Positions 20,015 through 30,348 of a stretch of DNA of 64,000 nucleotides are shown piece after piece. The stretch's first letter is position 1; each line of letters opens with the position of its first letter. The stretch is from an uncultured delta proteobacterium (lineage in GTDB: Bacteria > Desulfobacterota > Zymogenia > Zymogenales > Zymogenaceae): the NCBI GenBank assembly GCA_963735595.1, contig CAVTLK010000001.1, forward strand, positions 1 through 64,000. The letters are read 5' to 3'. Made by a program: the position numbers and the translations under genes. The notes under the pieces are model-generated. The model saw only the letters and a program-made list of their open reading frames with translations. It was not told the DNA's origin and ran no database searches.

Positions 20015-20093
20015 TTGACAATCAATCAATCGTTTGATAGATTATATCGGCATGGAACTTTGCCTTTGACATTTCCGGTTCGTATGATACCAT
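20015..20093 (+). promoter_or_regulatory. Tandem sigma70 promoters; the first carries a 24-bp palindromic operator
   Basis: TTGACA-17-TAGATT with AATCAATCAA-tcgt-TTGATAGATT (20020-20043); second TTGACA(20066)-16-TACCAT with TG extension. Confidence 0.65.
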
Positions 20094-20116
20094 CACATAA
20101 CAGGAGTGAGATCAGC

Positions 20117-20905
20117 ATGAAGATTAAATCCCTGATCCTTTCGGCGGCGGCGGCCGCCCTGGTTGCCGTCCTGATCGGGCTACCGACGGTAGCGCTGGCG
20201 CTGACCGGGACCGAGATCATGACAAAGGTCCACGATCGGGAAAACGGCACGTCCTCGATCATCGAGAGCACGATGATCCTCATCAACGATAAGGGACAGA
20301 CCAAAGAGCGGACAGTGCGGGCCGTCCGAAAGGAATACGGCGACCTCAGTAAATCGATGATCCGTTTTCTGGCGCCGGCCGACGTCAAGGGGACGGGATT
20401 CCTGATCTGGGAAAACACCGAAAGGGACGACGACCAGTTCCTGTACCTCCCGGCCCTCAAGCAGGACCCCCGCAGGATTGCCTCCTCTGAAAAGGGCTCC
20501 CGCTTCATGGGTACCGAGTTCACCTATGAAGATCTCGAAAGCCGCGGGGTGGATGAAGACGACCACAAACTCCTGAGAGAGGAAAAGCTCGACGGCAAGC
20601 AGGTATACGTCGTGGAGAGCGTCCCGAAAAAGGCCTCCGATTCCCAATATAAAAAGGTCGTCTCCTGGGTTCGCCCCGATAACTGGCTTCCCGTCAAGGT
20701 AGAATTCTACGACAAGAACGGCGTGCTGCTGAAGGTCCTCACCGTGAACAAGATCGAACAGGCCCAGGGTATCTGGACGACCATGGACAGCACCATGAAC
20801 AACGTCCAGGACAAGAAGAAGACCCAGCTGATTATCAACAAGGTTCAGTATAACGCCGATATCCCGGACGAGTATTTTACCGAGCGCTACCTCAAGAGGG
20901 ACTAG
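20117..20905 (+). CDS. LolA-like outer-membrane lipoprotein-sorting protein
   Basis: Signal peptide; FLAPADVKGTGFL, DDQFLYLPAL, RRIASSEK..FMGTEFTYED, FTERYL. Confidence 0.85.
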   Translation: MKIKSLILSAAAAALVAVLIGLPTVALALTGTEIMTKVHDRENGTSSIIESTMILINDKGQTKERTVRAVRKEYGDLSKSMIRFLAPADVKGTGFLIWENTERDDDQFLYLPALKQDPRRIASSEKGSRFMGTEFTYEDLESRGVDEDDHKLLREEKLDGKQVYVVESVPKKASDSQYKKVVSWVRPDNWLPVKVEFYDKNGVLLKVLTVNKIEQAQGIWTTMDSTMNNVQDKKKTQLIINKVQYNADIPDEYFTERYLKRD

Positions 20906-20906
20906 G

Positions 20907-22680
20907 GTGACAGGACGATTGAGCGAGACCGGCATGCGATGGGTGCCGGTCTTTTTTTTCATCTGGCTTTTCGCCGCCGCTTCCCCGGCCGCGGCGGGCG
21001 ACAATCCCGCCGGGACGGCCGATCCCTTTTCCTGCCCGGTCCACTACGATGATTCGAGGACCCGGATTGAGCTGATACGCGCCGAGTATGTGCGGCTGTC
21101 TGCCGATATCGACCGGGAGATCGATCGGATTAAGGGGCTGATAGTTGCGGCCGGCGATCCGGCCGTCCGTGAGGAACTCGTCGGGACACTTTCCGATCTC
21201 GAGCGCCGGCGGGCCGACGGGCTTTCCCGGGCCCTTACGGCGGTCGGCGATATACGGGTCGAGGATACCCGGCGGCACATCTCGGACACGATCGCCTTGC
21301 CCCCGCCGACGTATATGGCCCCCGATCGGTTGCTCGCCGGCACGTCGGTCTCCGATATCTTCGGTCCGGAGGTCGACCTGGCGGGCTACCTCAAGATCCG
21401 GCTTTCGGGGGATATCTCGCGGGACAACGAATACGAGAATCTCTTCGAGGCCGAGCCGAAGGTCTTTTTCTCCGTCAAGTACCCCGTCAACGATTCGCTC
21501 CTGGTTTTCGTCTCCGCCTCCGGAAAGTATGATTATTACACCGGCGGTGACACCCGCTACGACCACGAAATCGCGCTTCACGAGGCCTACGTTGATATCT
21601 TCTTCGACACGCTCGACGTGAGGGTGGGAAATCAGATCATCTCATGGGGAAGGACCGACTTCATCAACCCGACGGACGTCATCAATCCGCTGGACCTTAC
21701 CAATATGCTGACCGGGGAGACGGCCGAGCGGAAGGTCCCCACCTTTGCCGTTAAGCTTGACTATTACCACGGCAACACCACGGCGGAGCTGGTAGTGGCG
21801 CCTTTTTTCCAGGAATACAAATACGACCTGGTCGGTTCGGACTGGGCGATCTTTCACTACGGCCTCTTTTCCGAATACGTCGGAGGCGCGTTCCCCTGGG
21901 CGGACCGCCTGGACGACGAGTCGCAGAAGCTGATCAACCGGTCGAGTCTTACCTTTTCGCTGCCCAACCAGCCCGCCGACAGCCCCGAGAATATCCAGGG
22001 AGGGATTCGGATTTCATCGAAGTACCGCGGGTGGGATTTCTCTCTGTCATACCTCAACGTCTTTGACCGGCTGCCGACCGTCACGATCTCCGAAGCGCTG
22101 AGAAATGCGATCGAGACTGGCACCGTGGTCGGCTATCTCGCCAGCCTCACGGCCGAAGAGATGGCCGGCACCGTCTCACTCGACTATCACCGGTATCACA
22201 TGATCGGGTTTGATTTTGCCACGACCTGGGGCAGCTACGGAATCCGGGGGGGAGGGGGGGGTATTCCTCGATCGATACACCTATACCGATGAATTGGAGG
22301 CGGCCAGGAACAACTACCTCTTCTACGTGGTAGGGGTGGACCGGTTATTTAAGGGAGACTTTTACGTCAACGCCCAGTTTATCCAGAAGATCATCTTCGA
22401 TTACGGCCGCGAGTACCTCGAGGACGAGTTCCAGAGCGGGGTAAGCCTCTATACCTACAAGGAATTCGAGCTCTTCAATAGGAAGATCGTCCCGGAGGTC
22501 AGGGCGCTCTACGAGATCAACGGGAACGGCTTCTTTATAACGCCCAAGGTTACGTATAAATGGTCGGATACCCTTGAAATTTCCTTAGGAATGAATATAT
22601 TCGAGGGAGACCGGGACACGATCTTCGGCTATTTTACCGACAATGACCAGGTCTTTTTCGAGGCAAAGTATATCTTCTAA
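20907..22680 (+). CDS. DUF1302-like outer-membrane beta-barrel protein; frameshift in a G-run at ~22250
   Basis: LHEAYVD...RVGNQIISWGRTD..NPTD, RYHMIGFDFA, terminal GYFTDNDQVFFEAKYIF. Confidence 0.75.
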
Positions 22681-22754
22681 GACGGTACCCGGGGTAAAGG
22701 CGAAAACGAAATCCCCGCGGGGTTGCTTTTTCGTGGCATGATACAGGAATAAAA

Positions 22755-23486
22755 ATGACGCAAGACATCAACCTTCTGGTGGCGCTGTGGGGTGGGATCA
22801 TCAGCTTTGCCTCGCCCTGCGTCCTGCCGCTGTTACCCAGCTACCTGACCTTTATTACCGGGATATCCTTCGAAGAGCTGAGAGAGGACGACCGGCGGGG
22901 GATCAGGAAGGCGACGATACTCCACTCCCTGGCGTTTATCGCGGGATTTACCGTCGTCTTCGTGGCGATGGGGGCGCTCTTCGGGCTCCTGGGAGAGACC
23001 CTTTTCGAGTTCCGGGACATCATCCGGCGCGTCGGGGCCGTATTGATCATCCTCTTCGGCGTCTACATCACGGGATTGATTCGCATCCCCTTCTTCGACA
23101 TGGAAAAGAAGATGCACCTGCGCGATAAACCGGCGGGCTATCTGGGCTCCTCTCTCGTGGGGATCACCTTTGCGGCGGGGTGGTCTCCCTGCCTGGGGCC
23201 CATCGTGGGCTCGATCCTGGGCCTGGCGATGATTGGCTCGTCGATGAACGCGGGATACGGGGTACTGCTCCTTCTTGTCTATTCGATCGGGCTGGGGATT
23301 CCGTTCTTCCTCTCGTCGCTTGCGTTCAACTCCTTCCTCACCCTGTTCAATCGGTTCAAACGCTTCATCCCCGTGGTCAATATCGTCAGCGGGCTGATAC
23401 TGATTGCCGTCGGCGTCTTCCTGCTGTTCTCTGATTTCGACGCCATTATGAACCTCCTTTACAGGATGGGCTTTGGATATGAGTAG
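22755..23486 (+). CDS. ccdA: Cytochrome c biogenesis protein CcdA
   Basis: SFASPCVLPLLPSYL, GWSPCLGP, YSIGLGIPF. Confidence 0.93.
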   Translation: MTQDINLLVALWGGIISFASPCVLPLLPSYLTFITGISFEELREDDRRGIRKATILHSLAFIAGFTVVFVAMGALFGLLGETLFEFRDIIRRVGAVLIILFGVYITGLIRIPFFDMEKKMHLRDKPAGYLGSSLVGITFAAGWSPCLGPIVGSILGLAMIGSSMNAGYGVLLLLVYSIGLGIPFFLSSLAFNSFLTLFNRFKRFIPVVNIVSGLILIAVGVFLLFSDFDAIMNLLYRMGFGYE

Positions 23487-23928
23487 AGAACCGAGAAAGA
23501 AAAAGCCGGAGGCCGAAACGGCCGCGGCGCCTTCGCCGTCTGCGCCGAAGCCGACGCCGACGGGCTCCCCCGAGATCACCAACGATCAGAAGAACCTCGC
23601 CTTTATCTGCCACCTGTCCGGGTTTTTCTGGTTCGTGATCCCCGGCCTCAACATCGTCGTCCCCCTGATCGTGATGCTGGTCAAGGGGGGCGAGGATTCG
23701 TTCGTCTCCCACCACAGCCGGCAGGCCCTCATTTTCCAGGTCGTCATATCGGTAGTGATGCTCGTGCTATTGGCCGTCGGGGTCGTCCTCCTCATCGTGC
23801 TGATCGGGTTCCTCATCCTCGGGGTGCTCCTGATCGTGGCGGTCGTCGATATTATGTTTATCCTGATAGCAACGTTTGCCGCCGCCCGGGGCGAGCTGTA
23901 TACCTATCCGCTGATGGGCGGGGTGTAA
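23479..23928 (+). CDS. DUF4870 family membrane protein
   Basis: LAFICHLS, PLIV, FVSHHSRQAL.FQ, AARGELYTYPL. Confidence 0.8.
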   Translation: MSREPRKKKPEAETAAAPSPSAPKPTPTGSPEITNDQKNLAFICHLSGFFWFVIPGLNIVVPLIVMLVKGGEDSFVSHHSRQALIFQVVISVVMLVLLAVGVVLLIVLIGFLILGVLLIVAVVDIMFILIATFAAARGELYTYPLMGGV

Positions 23929-23948
23929 AACCAGCGCAGAAAACCGAA

Positions 23949-23969
23949 GGGCGGCATAATATGCCGCCC
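23949..23969. terminator. Hairpin between convergent genes
   Basis: GGGCGGCAT-aat-ATGCCGCCC. Confidence 0.6.
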
Positions 23970-24048
23970 ATTTCAAGTGGAAATCGGATCCGTTTCTGTT
24001 TTTTCTATCTACCAATGCACCGCGAAAACGCAGCTGTCATGGGGTGGT

Positions 24049-24636
24049 TTATAACTTCCCCTTCGTCGAGAGCACCCCTTTGATCCGGGGGTCTACCCTG
24101 ACGGCGTCGGAAAGAGAGCGCGCGAAGCCCTTGAAACAGGCCTCGGCCATGTGGTGGGCGTTCTTGCCGTGGTGCAGCACGATATGGACGTTGGCCCGGG
24201 CATGCACCGAGAACGATTTGAAGAACTCCTCGAAGAGCTCAAGGTCGAACTCCCCGACCTTGTCGGCGCCGAACTCCACCTCGTAGACCAGGAAGGGCCT
24301 GCCCGAGAGATCCACCACGGCGGTGGCCAGGGCCTCGTCCATCGGCACCGTGGAGGTGCCGTAGCGCTTGATTCCCGCCTTGTCTCCCAGAGCCTTGTCC
24401 ACCGCGTCGCCCAGGCAGATACCGATGTCCTCCACGGAGTGGTGCAGGTCGATCTCGCTGTCGCCCGTGGCATGAAGCGTCAGGTCAAAGAGGCCGTGCC
24501 TGGCAAAGAGCTCAAGCATGTGGTTGAGGAAGGGAGCGGGGCTTTCCACCCGATACGTCCCTTCGCCGTCAAGCTCGATTTTCAGCGTTATGTCGGTCTC
24601 GGCGGTCTTTCGCGTTACCTCTGCCGTTCTGGTCAT
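24049..24636 (-). CDS. hisB: Imidazoleglycerol-phosphate dehydratase
   Basis: FLNHML, DLHHSVED, PMDEAL, NAHHMAE, STKGKL. Confidence 0.97.
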   Translation of the reverse strand: MTRTAEVTRKTAETDITLKIELDGEGTYRVESPAPFLNHMLELFARHGLFDLTLHATGDSEIDLHHSVEDIGICLGDAVDKALGDKAGIKRYGTSTVPMDEALATAVVDLSGRPFLVYEVEFGADKVGEFDLELFEEFFKSFSVHARANVHIVLHHGKNAHHMAEACFKGFARSLSDAVRVDPRIKGVLSTKGKL

Positions 24637-24896
24637 GACATCCTCATAGGTTAAAGGTCATCGTACCGATCCTCTCGGGCGCGTCTATAGGGCTCCGTCT
24701 ACGCCGTCGGGCGCCGGGAGGGGTCTCTTCTCTTTATATTTCTTTGACGAGGGTCTGTCAAGCCAAATACGAATCGAACCTTACGCGCTGGCGGGCAAGG
24801 ATTTTTATTTATTTATGTTTTCACGTCATCTATACTATGCCGCATTAGATGAGTCCGTTAAGATCGGCGTACGACCTATCACAGAGAGGTATACCT

Positions 24897-25790
24897 ATGA
24901 CCCGGATCGATTATGCGACCTGCACCAGCTGCGGCCTCTGCGCAAGGGTATGCGGGGGCAGGATCATCAGAGAAGTCGATAGACGCTACGAAATCCATTC
25001 ATACGAAGACTGGGAGTGCTTTGGCTGCGGCAACTGCATGGCGGTCTGCCCCTCCCGCTCGATAACGGCCGAGGGATTGAGCTACAGCATGTTTGCCCCG
25101 CTGGAAAAAAGGACTATCGGGTTTGACCCGCTCTACGCCGCGCTCCTCTCTCGGCGCTCGGTGCGCAACTACCGGAAAAAGCCGGTCCCCAAGGACGTCG
25201 TACAATCCGTAATCCGGGCCGCGGCCACCGCGCCCATGGGGGTTCCGCCGACGGCAGTGGAGGTCCTGGTGATCGACCGGAGGGCAGATATCGAGCGGCT
25301 GTTGGTGGACGTGAGAAAGCAGTACCGGGGGTTGCTCTTCATCATGGGTAATCCCGTCACGAGGTTTTTCATGCGGCTTGCGCAGGGAAAGGTGATGTAC
25401 CACGCGTTGAGGACCCACGTGGTTCCGGCGGCGCGCCACGCGCTGGAGGAAAGCGAGAAGGACCGGGAGTATTTTACCTATGATGCCCCCGTCCTGATGG
25501 TCTTCCACGGCAACCGGTACAAGGTGGCCATCGAGCAGGACTGCTTCATTGCGGCCTCGTACGCGTCCATCGCCGCGCTGACCGTGGGGCTGGGCAGCTG
25601 CTTTTCAGGGATGATACCCCCGATTATCGACCGGGGCAGGAAGATCAAGGCGTCTCTCGGCATCCCGAAGGAAAGCGGGGTCTATGCCTGCCTGATGCTG
25701 GGGTACCCCGCGGTCGCGATCAAGCGGGCCATACCGCGAGATTTTAAGGGCGTCCGGTTCTCATCTGACTCCGCGAAGGGTCGGCGGTAG
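24897..25790 (+). CDS. 4Fe-4S ferredoxin-domain nitroreductase
   Basis: CTSCGLCARVC, CFGCGNCMAVCP, RRSVRNY, GLGSC. Confidence 0.88.
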   Translation: MTRIDYATCTSCGLCARVCGGRIIREVDRRYEIHSYEDWECFGCGNCMAVCPSRSITAEGLSYSMFAPLEKRTIGFDPLYAALLSRRSVRNYRKKPVPKDVVQSVIRAAATAPMGVPPTAVEVLVIDRRADIERLLVDVRKQYRGLLFIMGNPVTRFFMRLAQGKVMYHALRTHVVPAARHALEESEKDREYFTYDAPVLMVFHGNRYKVAIEQDCFIAASYASIAALTVGLGSCFSGMIPPIIDRGRKIKASLGIPKESGVYACLMLGYPAVAIKRAIPRDFKGVRFSSDSAKGRR

Positions 25791-25883
25791 TCCCTTCCTC
25801 TCTTTGTGAATCATCGAACCGGCGTTCGCGCTACACAGAGCCGTTTTCTCACTATTTCGGTAATCTGTCGCGCCGCCTTTCCG

Positions 25884-26696
25884 TTATCCCCTGTGCGACT
25901 GTGCCGCGGCAAGCCCCACCTTCGGAAAGTCCGTGAATATCCCGTCCACCCCCAGCGCGAAGAGCCGCAGCATCTCATCGGTGTCGTTTATAGTCCAGAC
26001 GTGCACCTGGACGCCGAGCCGTTTTGCCGCCGCTAGAAACCTCTTGTTGACCACCGTGATCCCCTGGGCAGACACGGGAACCTGAAGTGCGTCAAACGGG
26101 ACCGCCCGGGGGAGGCAGGGACAGACGGCCGACTTGATCAGGAAGGAGAGCACCTCTTTGCGGGAGGCACTGGTGGGGATGTGGGGGGCTTCACGGCGCA
26201 TGTAGGGGCCGGCGCCCGGCTGTTCGGAGGCCAGAAGCACCCGGTCCTCGGCCTTATACTTCTTGAGCATATCCAGGACGAGCCGTGCCGTGGCGGGCGT
26301 GCCGTCCTTTACCTCGATATTTGCCCGAGAGTCTTTGAACTTCTTCAGGAACTCCTCGAGGGTGGGTACGCGAAACCCCTTGCCGCGGAAGGGATGTGTC
26401 TTGCCCCCGTCGGGCGAAAAGGCCGCGCCGGCGTCGATCTTCTGCAGCTCGGGAAAAGTGAGGTCCTTGATCTCACGGGTGTCCCCGGCGGTCCGCCCCA
26501 GGTGAGGGTCGTGGGCCAGCACGAGGACGCCGTCTTTCGTGATCTGAACGTCCGTTTCGAGATAGGTCGCTCCCATCCGCACCGCCTCTTCGAACGCCGG
26601 GATCGTGTTTTCGGGCATCGTGCCGCTTGCCCCCCGGTGGGCAAAGACGATGGGGAGCTTCGTGCTAAAGAAGGGTCTCGTCTCTTTCGGGGTCAT
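25884..26696 (-). CDS. Glycerophosphodiester phosphodiesterase
   Basis: AHRGASG..PENT, ETDV..TKDG..VLAHD, VWTIN, GIFTDFP. Confidence 0.93.
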   Translation of the reverse strand: MTPKETRPFFSTKLPIVFAHRGASGTMPENTIPAFEEAVRMGATYLETDVQITKDGVLVLAHDPHLGRTAGDTREIKDLTFPELQKIDAGAAFSPDGGKTHPFRGKGFRVPTLEEFLKKFKDSRANIEVKDGTPATARLVLDMLKKYKAEDRVLLASEQPGAGPYMRREAPHIPTSASRKEVLSFLIKSAVCPCLPRAVPFDALQVPVSAQGITVVNKRFLAAAKRLGVQVHVWTINDTDEMLRLFALGVDGIFTDFPKVGLAAAQSHRG

Positions 26697-27453
26697 CGTC
26701 GTATTCCTTTTTCAGGTATATGAAAAACTCTTTGTTTCCTTTTGGGCCGACGAGCGGCGACTGGATAGTACCCTCAACCGAAAAGCCGATCTCGCGCGCA
26801 GCATTCGCGATACGCTCCACGGCCTGACGGTGTTTTTCGGGATCCTTCACCACCCCTCCCTTGCCCACGTCGCCTTTCCCAACCTCAAACTGGGGTTTGA
26901 CCAGGGCGATCACGAATCCCCCGGCGCGAACGATCCCATACACGACCGGAAGCACCAGAGAAAGCGAGATAAACGATACGTCGATGACGGCGCCGTCTAT
27001 GCCGCGGGCGAAGTCGGCCTTCCTGGCGTGCCGGATATTGGTGCGCTCCATGACGGTGACGCGCTCGTCGGTGCGCAGCCGCCAGTCGAACTGCCCGTAC
27101 CCGACGTCCAGCGCGTAGACGCTGCCGGCTCCCGCCTTGAGGAGACAGTCGGTGAACCCGCCCGTAGAGGCGCCCACGTCGAGGATGACACGGCCGGAGA
27201 CGTCCACGGCAAACGACGCGAGGGCCGCCTCAAGCTTCATTCCCCCCCGGCCGACGTACCGGCAGACGGGCGAGGTTACGATGATCTCGGCGTCATGATC
27301 AATCATGGCGCCCGCCTTATCGACGCGTGCACCCTCCACGAGGACCGCGCCCGCGAGGATTACGGCCCTGGCCTTCTGGCGGGTATCGATCAAACCCCGG
27401 CCGACAAGCGCGGCGTCCAGGCGTTCTTTATCTCTTGAGGTCGGCGTTTTCAT
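26665..27453 (-). CDS. tlyA: TlyA family rRNA methyltransferase
   Basis: ERLD (S4 domain), YVGRGGMKL, DVGASTGGFTD, DVSFISL, LVKPQFE, GN.EF. Confidence 0.93.
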   Translation of the reverse strand: MKTPTSRDKERLDAALVGRGLIDTRQKARAVILAGAVLVEGARVDKAGAMIDHDAEIIVTSPVCRYVGRGGMKLEAALASFAVDVSGRVILDVGASTGGFTDCLLKAGAGSVYALDVGYGQFDWRLRTDERVTVMERTNIRHARKADFARGIDGAVIDVSFISLSLVLPVVYGIVRAGGFVIALVKPQFEVGKGDVGKGGVVKDPEKHRQAVERIANAAREIGFSVEGTIQSPLVGPKGNKEFFIYLKKEYDDDPERDETLL

Positions 27454-29344
27454 GTAGCCGTGCGGGTTTGGCGGAAACCATACCGAGGGCGGCATTGACG
27501 ATTCCGCGGGCAGAAAGATCGTAGGTATCCCGCAGGATTTCCTGCGGCCCGTGTTCGACGAACCGGTCGGGAATACCCAGCGATCTGACCGTTATACCCT
27601 GGGTAAGCGACTTTGAAATCTCCTCGATAACGGCGCCGCCGAAGCCGCCGGAGAGGATGCCCTCCTCGACGGTCAGGACCGCGCCCGTTTCGGCGGCGTA
27701 ATGCAGTATGGTCTGGATATCCAGCGGCTTGACGAACCGCGCGTTAATGAGGGTGGTTTCGATTCCCATGCTGCTGAGCTGTTCGGAGGCTTCGATGGCG
27801 GGAGTTACCATTGAGCCGAGGGCTACGATAGTGATATCGCCGCCCTCCCGCAGTACCTCGGCCCGTCCAAACGGAAGCGGCTTCGGATTGGCGTCGAGTT
27901 TTACGCCCGTGCCCTGTCCCCGCGGGTAGCGGATTGCGGTCGGAAGCCGCAGCTCAACGGCGGTGACCAGCATCCGGGCGAGCTCGTTTTCGTCCTTGGG
28001 GGCCATAAACACGAGATTGGGGAGGCAGCGGAGATACGCGATGTCAAAGATGCCGTGGTGGGTGGGCCCGTCCTCCCCGACGATTCCTCCCCGGTCGATC
28101 GCGATGATCACCGGGAGGTTTTGGAGCGAGACGTCATGGAGCACCTGGTCATAGGCGCGCTGGAGGAACGTCGAGTAGATGGCGATAACTGGGGTAAACC
28201 CCTGTGTTGCCAGCCCCGCCGCAAACGTGACGGCGTGCTGCTCGGCTATCCCCACGTCGTAAAAGCGGTCGGGATATCGCTCCGCAAATGCCGCGAGCCC
28301 GGTTCCCTCGGACATGGCGGCCGTTATGGCCACGATCTTGTCGTTTTTAGTCGCCAGTTTGAGGAGGGATTTACTGAAGACCTGTGTATACGTCGGTATA
28401 GATGAAGCGGAGTTGACCGGTTTCCCGGTGGAAACGTCAAACGGACCGATGCCGTGAAACCGCGTCGGGTTCTTTTCGGCGGGCCTGTACCCCTTTCCCT
28501 TTGTCGTGAGGACGTGGACGATGATCGGGGAGTTGATGTTCTTTATGTTATTGAACGTCTCGACCAGCTGATCGATCCGATGGCCGTCTATGGGTCCGAA
28601 ATACTGGAAGTTCATGGCCTCAAAGAGCATGCCGGGGGTGAAGAATCCCTTGAGGGCGTCCTCGGCCCGCTTTGCCACCTTGACCATTTCCTCACCGATC
28701 ATGGGAAACGACCGCAGGAAAATCTCGATCTCCTTTTTCATCCGCAGGATGCTCTTGGTTGAAAGCTTGCGGGACAAAAAGGAAGATAGGGCACCGACGT
28801 TGGGGTCAATCGACATCTCGTTGTCGTTAAGGACGACGATGATATTCTTCTGGAGGTGCCCGGCCTGGTTGAGGGCCTCGAATGCCTGACCGCCGGTCAT
28901 AGAACCGTCGCCGATGACGGCAACGACCTTCCCGCATTCCCCCAACAGGCACCGCGCGGTGGATATCCCGAGGGCCGCGGAGATTGACGTGGAGCTGTGG
29001 CCCGTGCCGAAGTTGTCGTAGCGGTTTTCCTCGATCTTCGGGAACCCGGAGATGCCGCCAAGTTTTCTGATAGTCGGGAAGGTATCTTTGCGGCCCGTGA
29101 GTATCTTGTGGGAATAGGCCTGATGGCCGACGTCCCAAACGATCTGATCCGTCTCGGGATCAAAGACGAAGTAGAGCGCGAGCGTCAGGTCGACGGTGCC
29201 GAGGCTCGATGCCAGATGCCCGCCCGTTTTGGAGATCGTATCTATGATGAGCCGTCTTACTTCTTCGGCAAGCTGCGGGAGCTCTTCGATGGAAAGCTTC
29301 TTGATATCCTGAGGATGATTGATCTGGTCAAGGAGGCGTGTCAT
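27428..29344 (-). CDS. dxs: 1-deoxy-D-xylulose-5-phosphate synthase
   Basis: GGHLASSLG, WDVGHQAY.HK, GDGSMTGG, DVGIAEQH, DGPTH. Confidence 0.97.
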   Translation of the reverse strand: MTRLLDQINHPQDIKKLSIEELPQLAEEVRRLIIDTISKTGGHLASSLGTVDLTLALYFVFDPETDQIVWDVGHQAYSHKILTGRKDTFPTIRKLGGISGFPKIEENRYDNFGTGHSSTSISAALGISTARCLLGECGKVVAVIGDGSMTGGQAFEALNQAGHLQKNIIVVLNDNEMSIDPNVGALSSFLSRKLSTKSILRMKKEIEIFLRSFPMIGEEMVKVAKRAEDALKGFFTPGMLFEAMNFQYFGPIDGHRIDQLVETFNNIKNINSPIIVHVLTTKGKGYRPAEKNPTRFHGIGPFDVSTGKPVNSASSIPTYTQVFSKSLLKLATKNDKIVAITAAMSEGTGLAAFAERYPDRFYDVGIAEQHAVTFAAGLATQGFTPVIAIYSTFLQRAYDQVLHDVSLQNLPVIIAIDRGGIVGEDGPTHHGIFDIAYLRCLPNLVFMAPKDENELARMLVTAVELRLPTAIRYPRGQGTGVKLDANPKPLPFGRAEVLREGGDITIVALGSMVTPAIEASEQLSSMGIETTLINARFVKPLDIQTILHYAAETGAVLTVEEGILSGGFGGAVIEEISKSLTQGITVRSLGIPDRFVEHGPQEILRDTYDLSARGIVNAALGMVSAKPARLHENADLKR

Positions 29345-29349
29345 GGTGT

Positions 29350-30240
29350 CTAAGCCTGTCGTTCGATAACCAGCCGCGCGATCGCCTGAAGCGGCCGGGC
29401 GCGGTCTCCGAAATCGTTAAGCGAGGAAAGCGCCCGATCGACCAGCTCTCTGGCGCGCTCTTTTGATTCTGCCAGCCCCAGGAGCGCCGGATACGTCGCC
29501 TTACCCCGGACGTGATCCTTTCCGGTCTCTTTTCCCATATTCCGCCTTGTCCCGGTCACGTCAAGGATATCGTCGGTGATCTGAAATGCGAGCCCGAGAT
29601 GCTTGGCGTAATCGGTCAGCGATTTTACCTGGGGCTCGGTGCCGCCGCCGAGGATGCCCCCCGCCCTGACCGAGGCAACGATCAGGGCGCCGGTCTTGCG
29701 GATGTGGATAAACTCGAGGGAGGGCAGGTCTACCTCTTTACCTTCCGATTCGAGATCGGCCTGCTGCCCGCCGACCATTCCTTTATCGCCGGAGGCCTCG
29801 GCGATTTCGTGGATTACCCCGAGCAGCCGGGCACCGTCGGCGGAAAAGCGGGACGCATCAGAGAGAACCGAGAAGGCGGCGGTCAACAGACAGTCGCCGG
29901 CAAGGATCGCGGATGCCTCTCCGAATACCTTATGGCTGGTGGGGACGCCCCGCCTGAAATCATCGTCATCCATCGCCGGCAGGTCGTCATGAATGAGGGA
30001 GTACGTATGGATACACTCGATGGCGGCCCCGGCCGTGACGGCGTCATCCACGTTTCCACCTACGGCCTCGGCCGCGGCTATCGACAGGATCGGCCGGATT
30101 CGCTTTCCGCCGGCAAAGACGCTGTATCTCACGGCTTTTTTGAGGGTTGCCGATGCATCGTCGATTTCGTCGATGATCCTTTGTAAGGCATCGTCGACGA
30201 GCGCGCTTCTTGTGGCCAGGTAGTCGGAGAGGTTAAAGAT
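29350..30240 (-). CDS. ispA: Farnesyl diphosphate synthase / polyprenyl synthetase; apparent ATC start at 30240
   Basis: GGKRIRP, SLIHDDLPAMDDDDFRRG, FQITDDILD; frame is open upstream to (I/M)FNLSDYLATRSALVDDAL. Confidence 0.93.
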   Translation of the reverse strand: MFNLSDYLATRSALVDDALQRIIDEIDDASATLKKAVRYSVFAGGKRIRPILSIAAAEAVGGNVDDAVTAGAAIECIHTYSLIHDDLPAMDDDDFRRGVPTSHKVFGEASAILAGDCLLTAAFSVLSDASRFSADGARLLGVIHEIAEASGDKGMVGGQQADLESEGKEVDLPSLEFIHIRKTGALIVASVRAGGILGGGTEPQVKSLTDYAKHLGLAFQITDDILDVTGTRRNMGKETGKDHVRGKATYPALLGLAESKERARELVDRALSSLNDFGDRARPLQAIARLVIERQA

Positions 30241-30348
30241 ACTCCCTCCTCATCGTAGCGGTGCGGTGATCATGCGCCGGTCCTTAATTCCTCATGATTG
30301 GCCGGGATTATGCCGGTATACGGCTGCCCGTCAGTATTGACCCGTCGG

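Noticed and set aside
20025..20038. ATCAA-N4-TTGAT as an FNR box
   Set aside because: Half-sites are inverted relative to the FNR consensus TTGAT-N4-ATCAA
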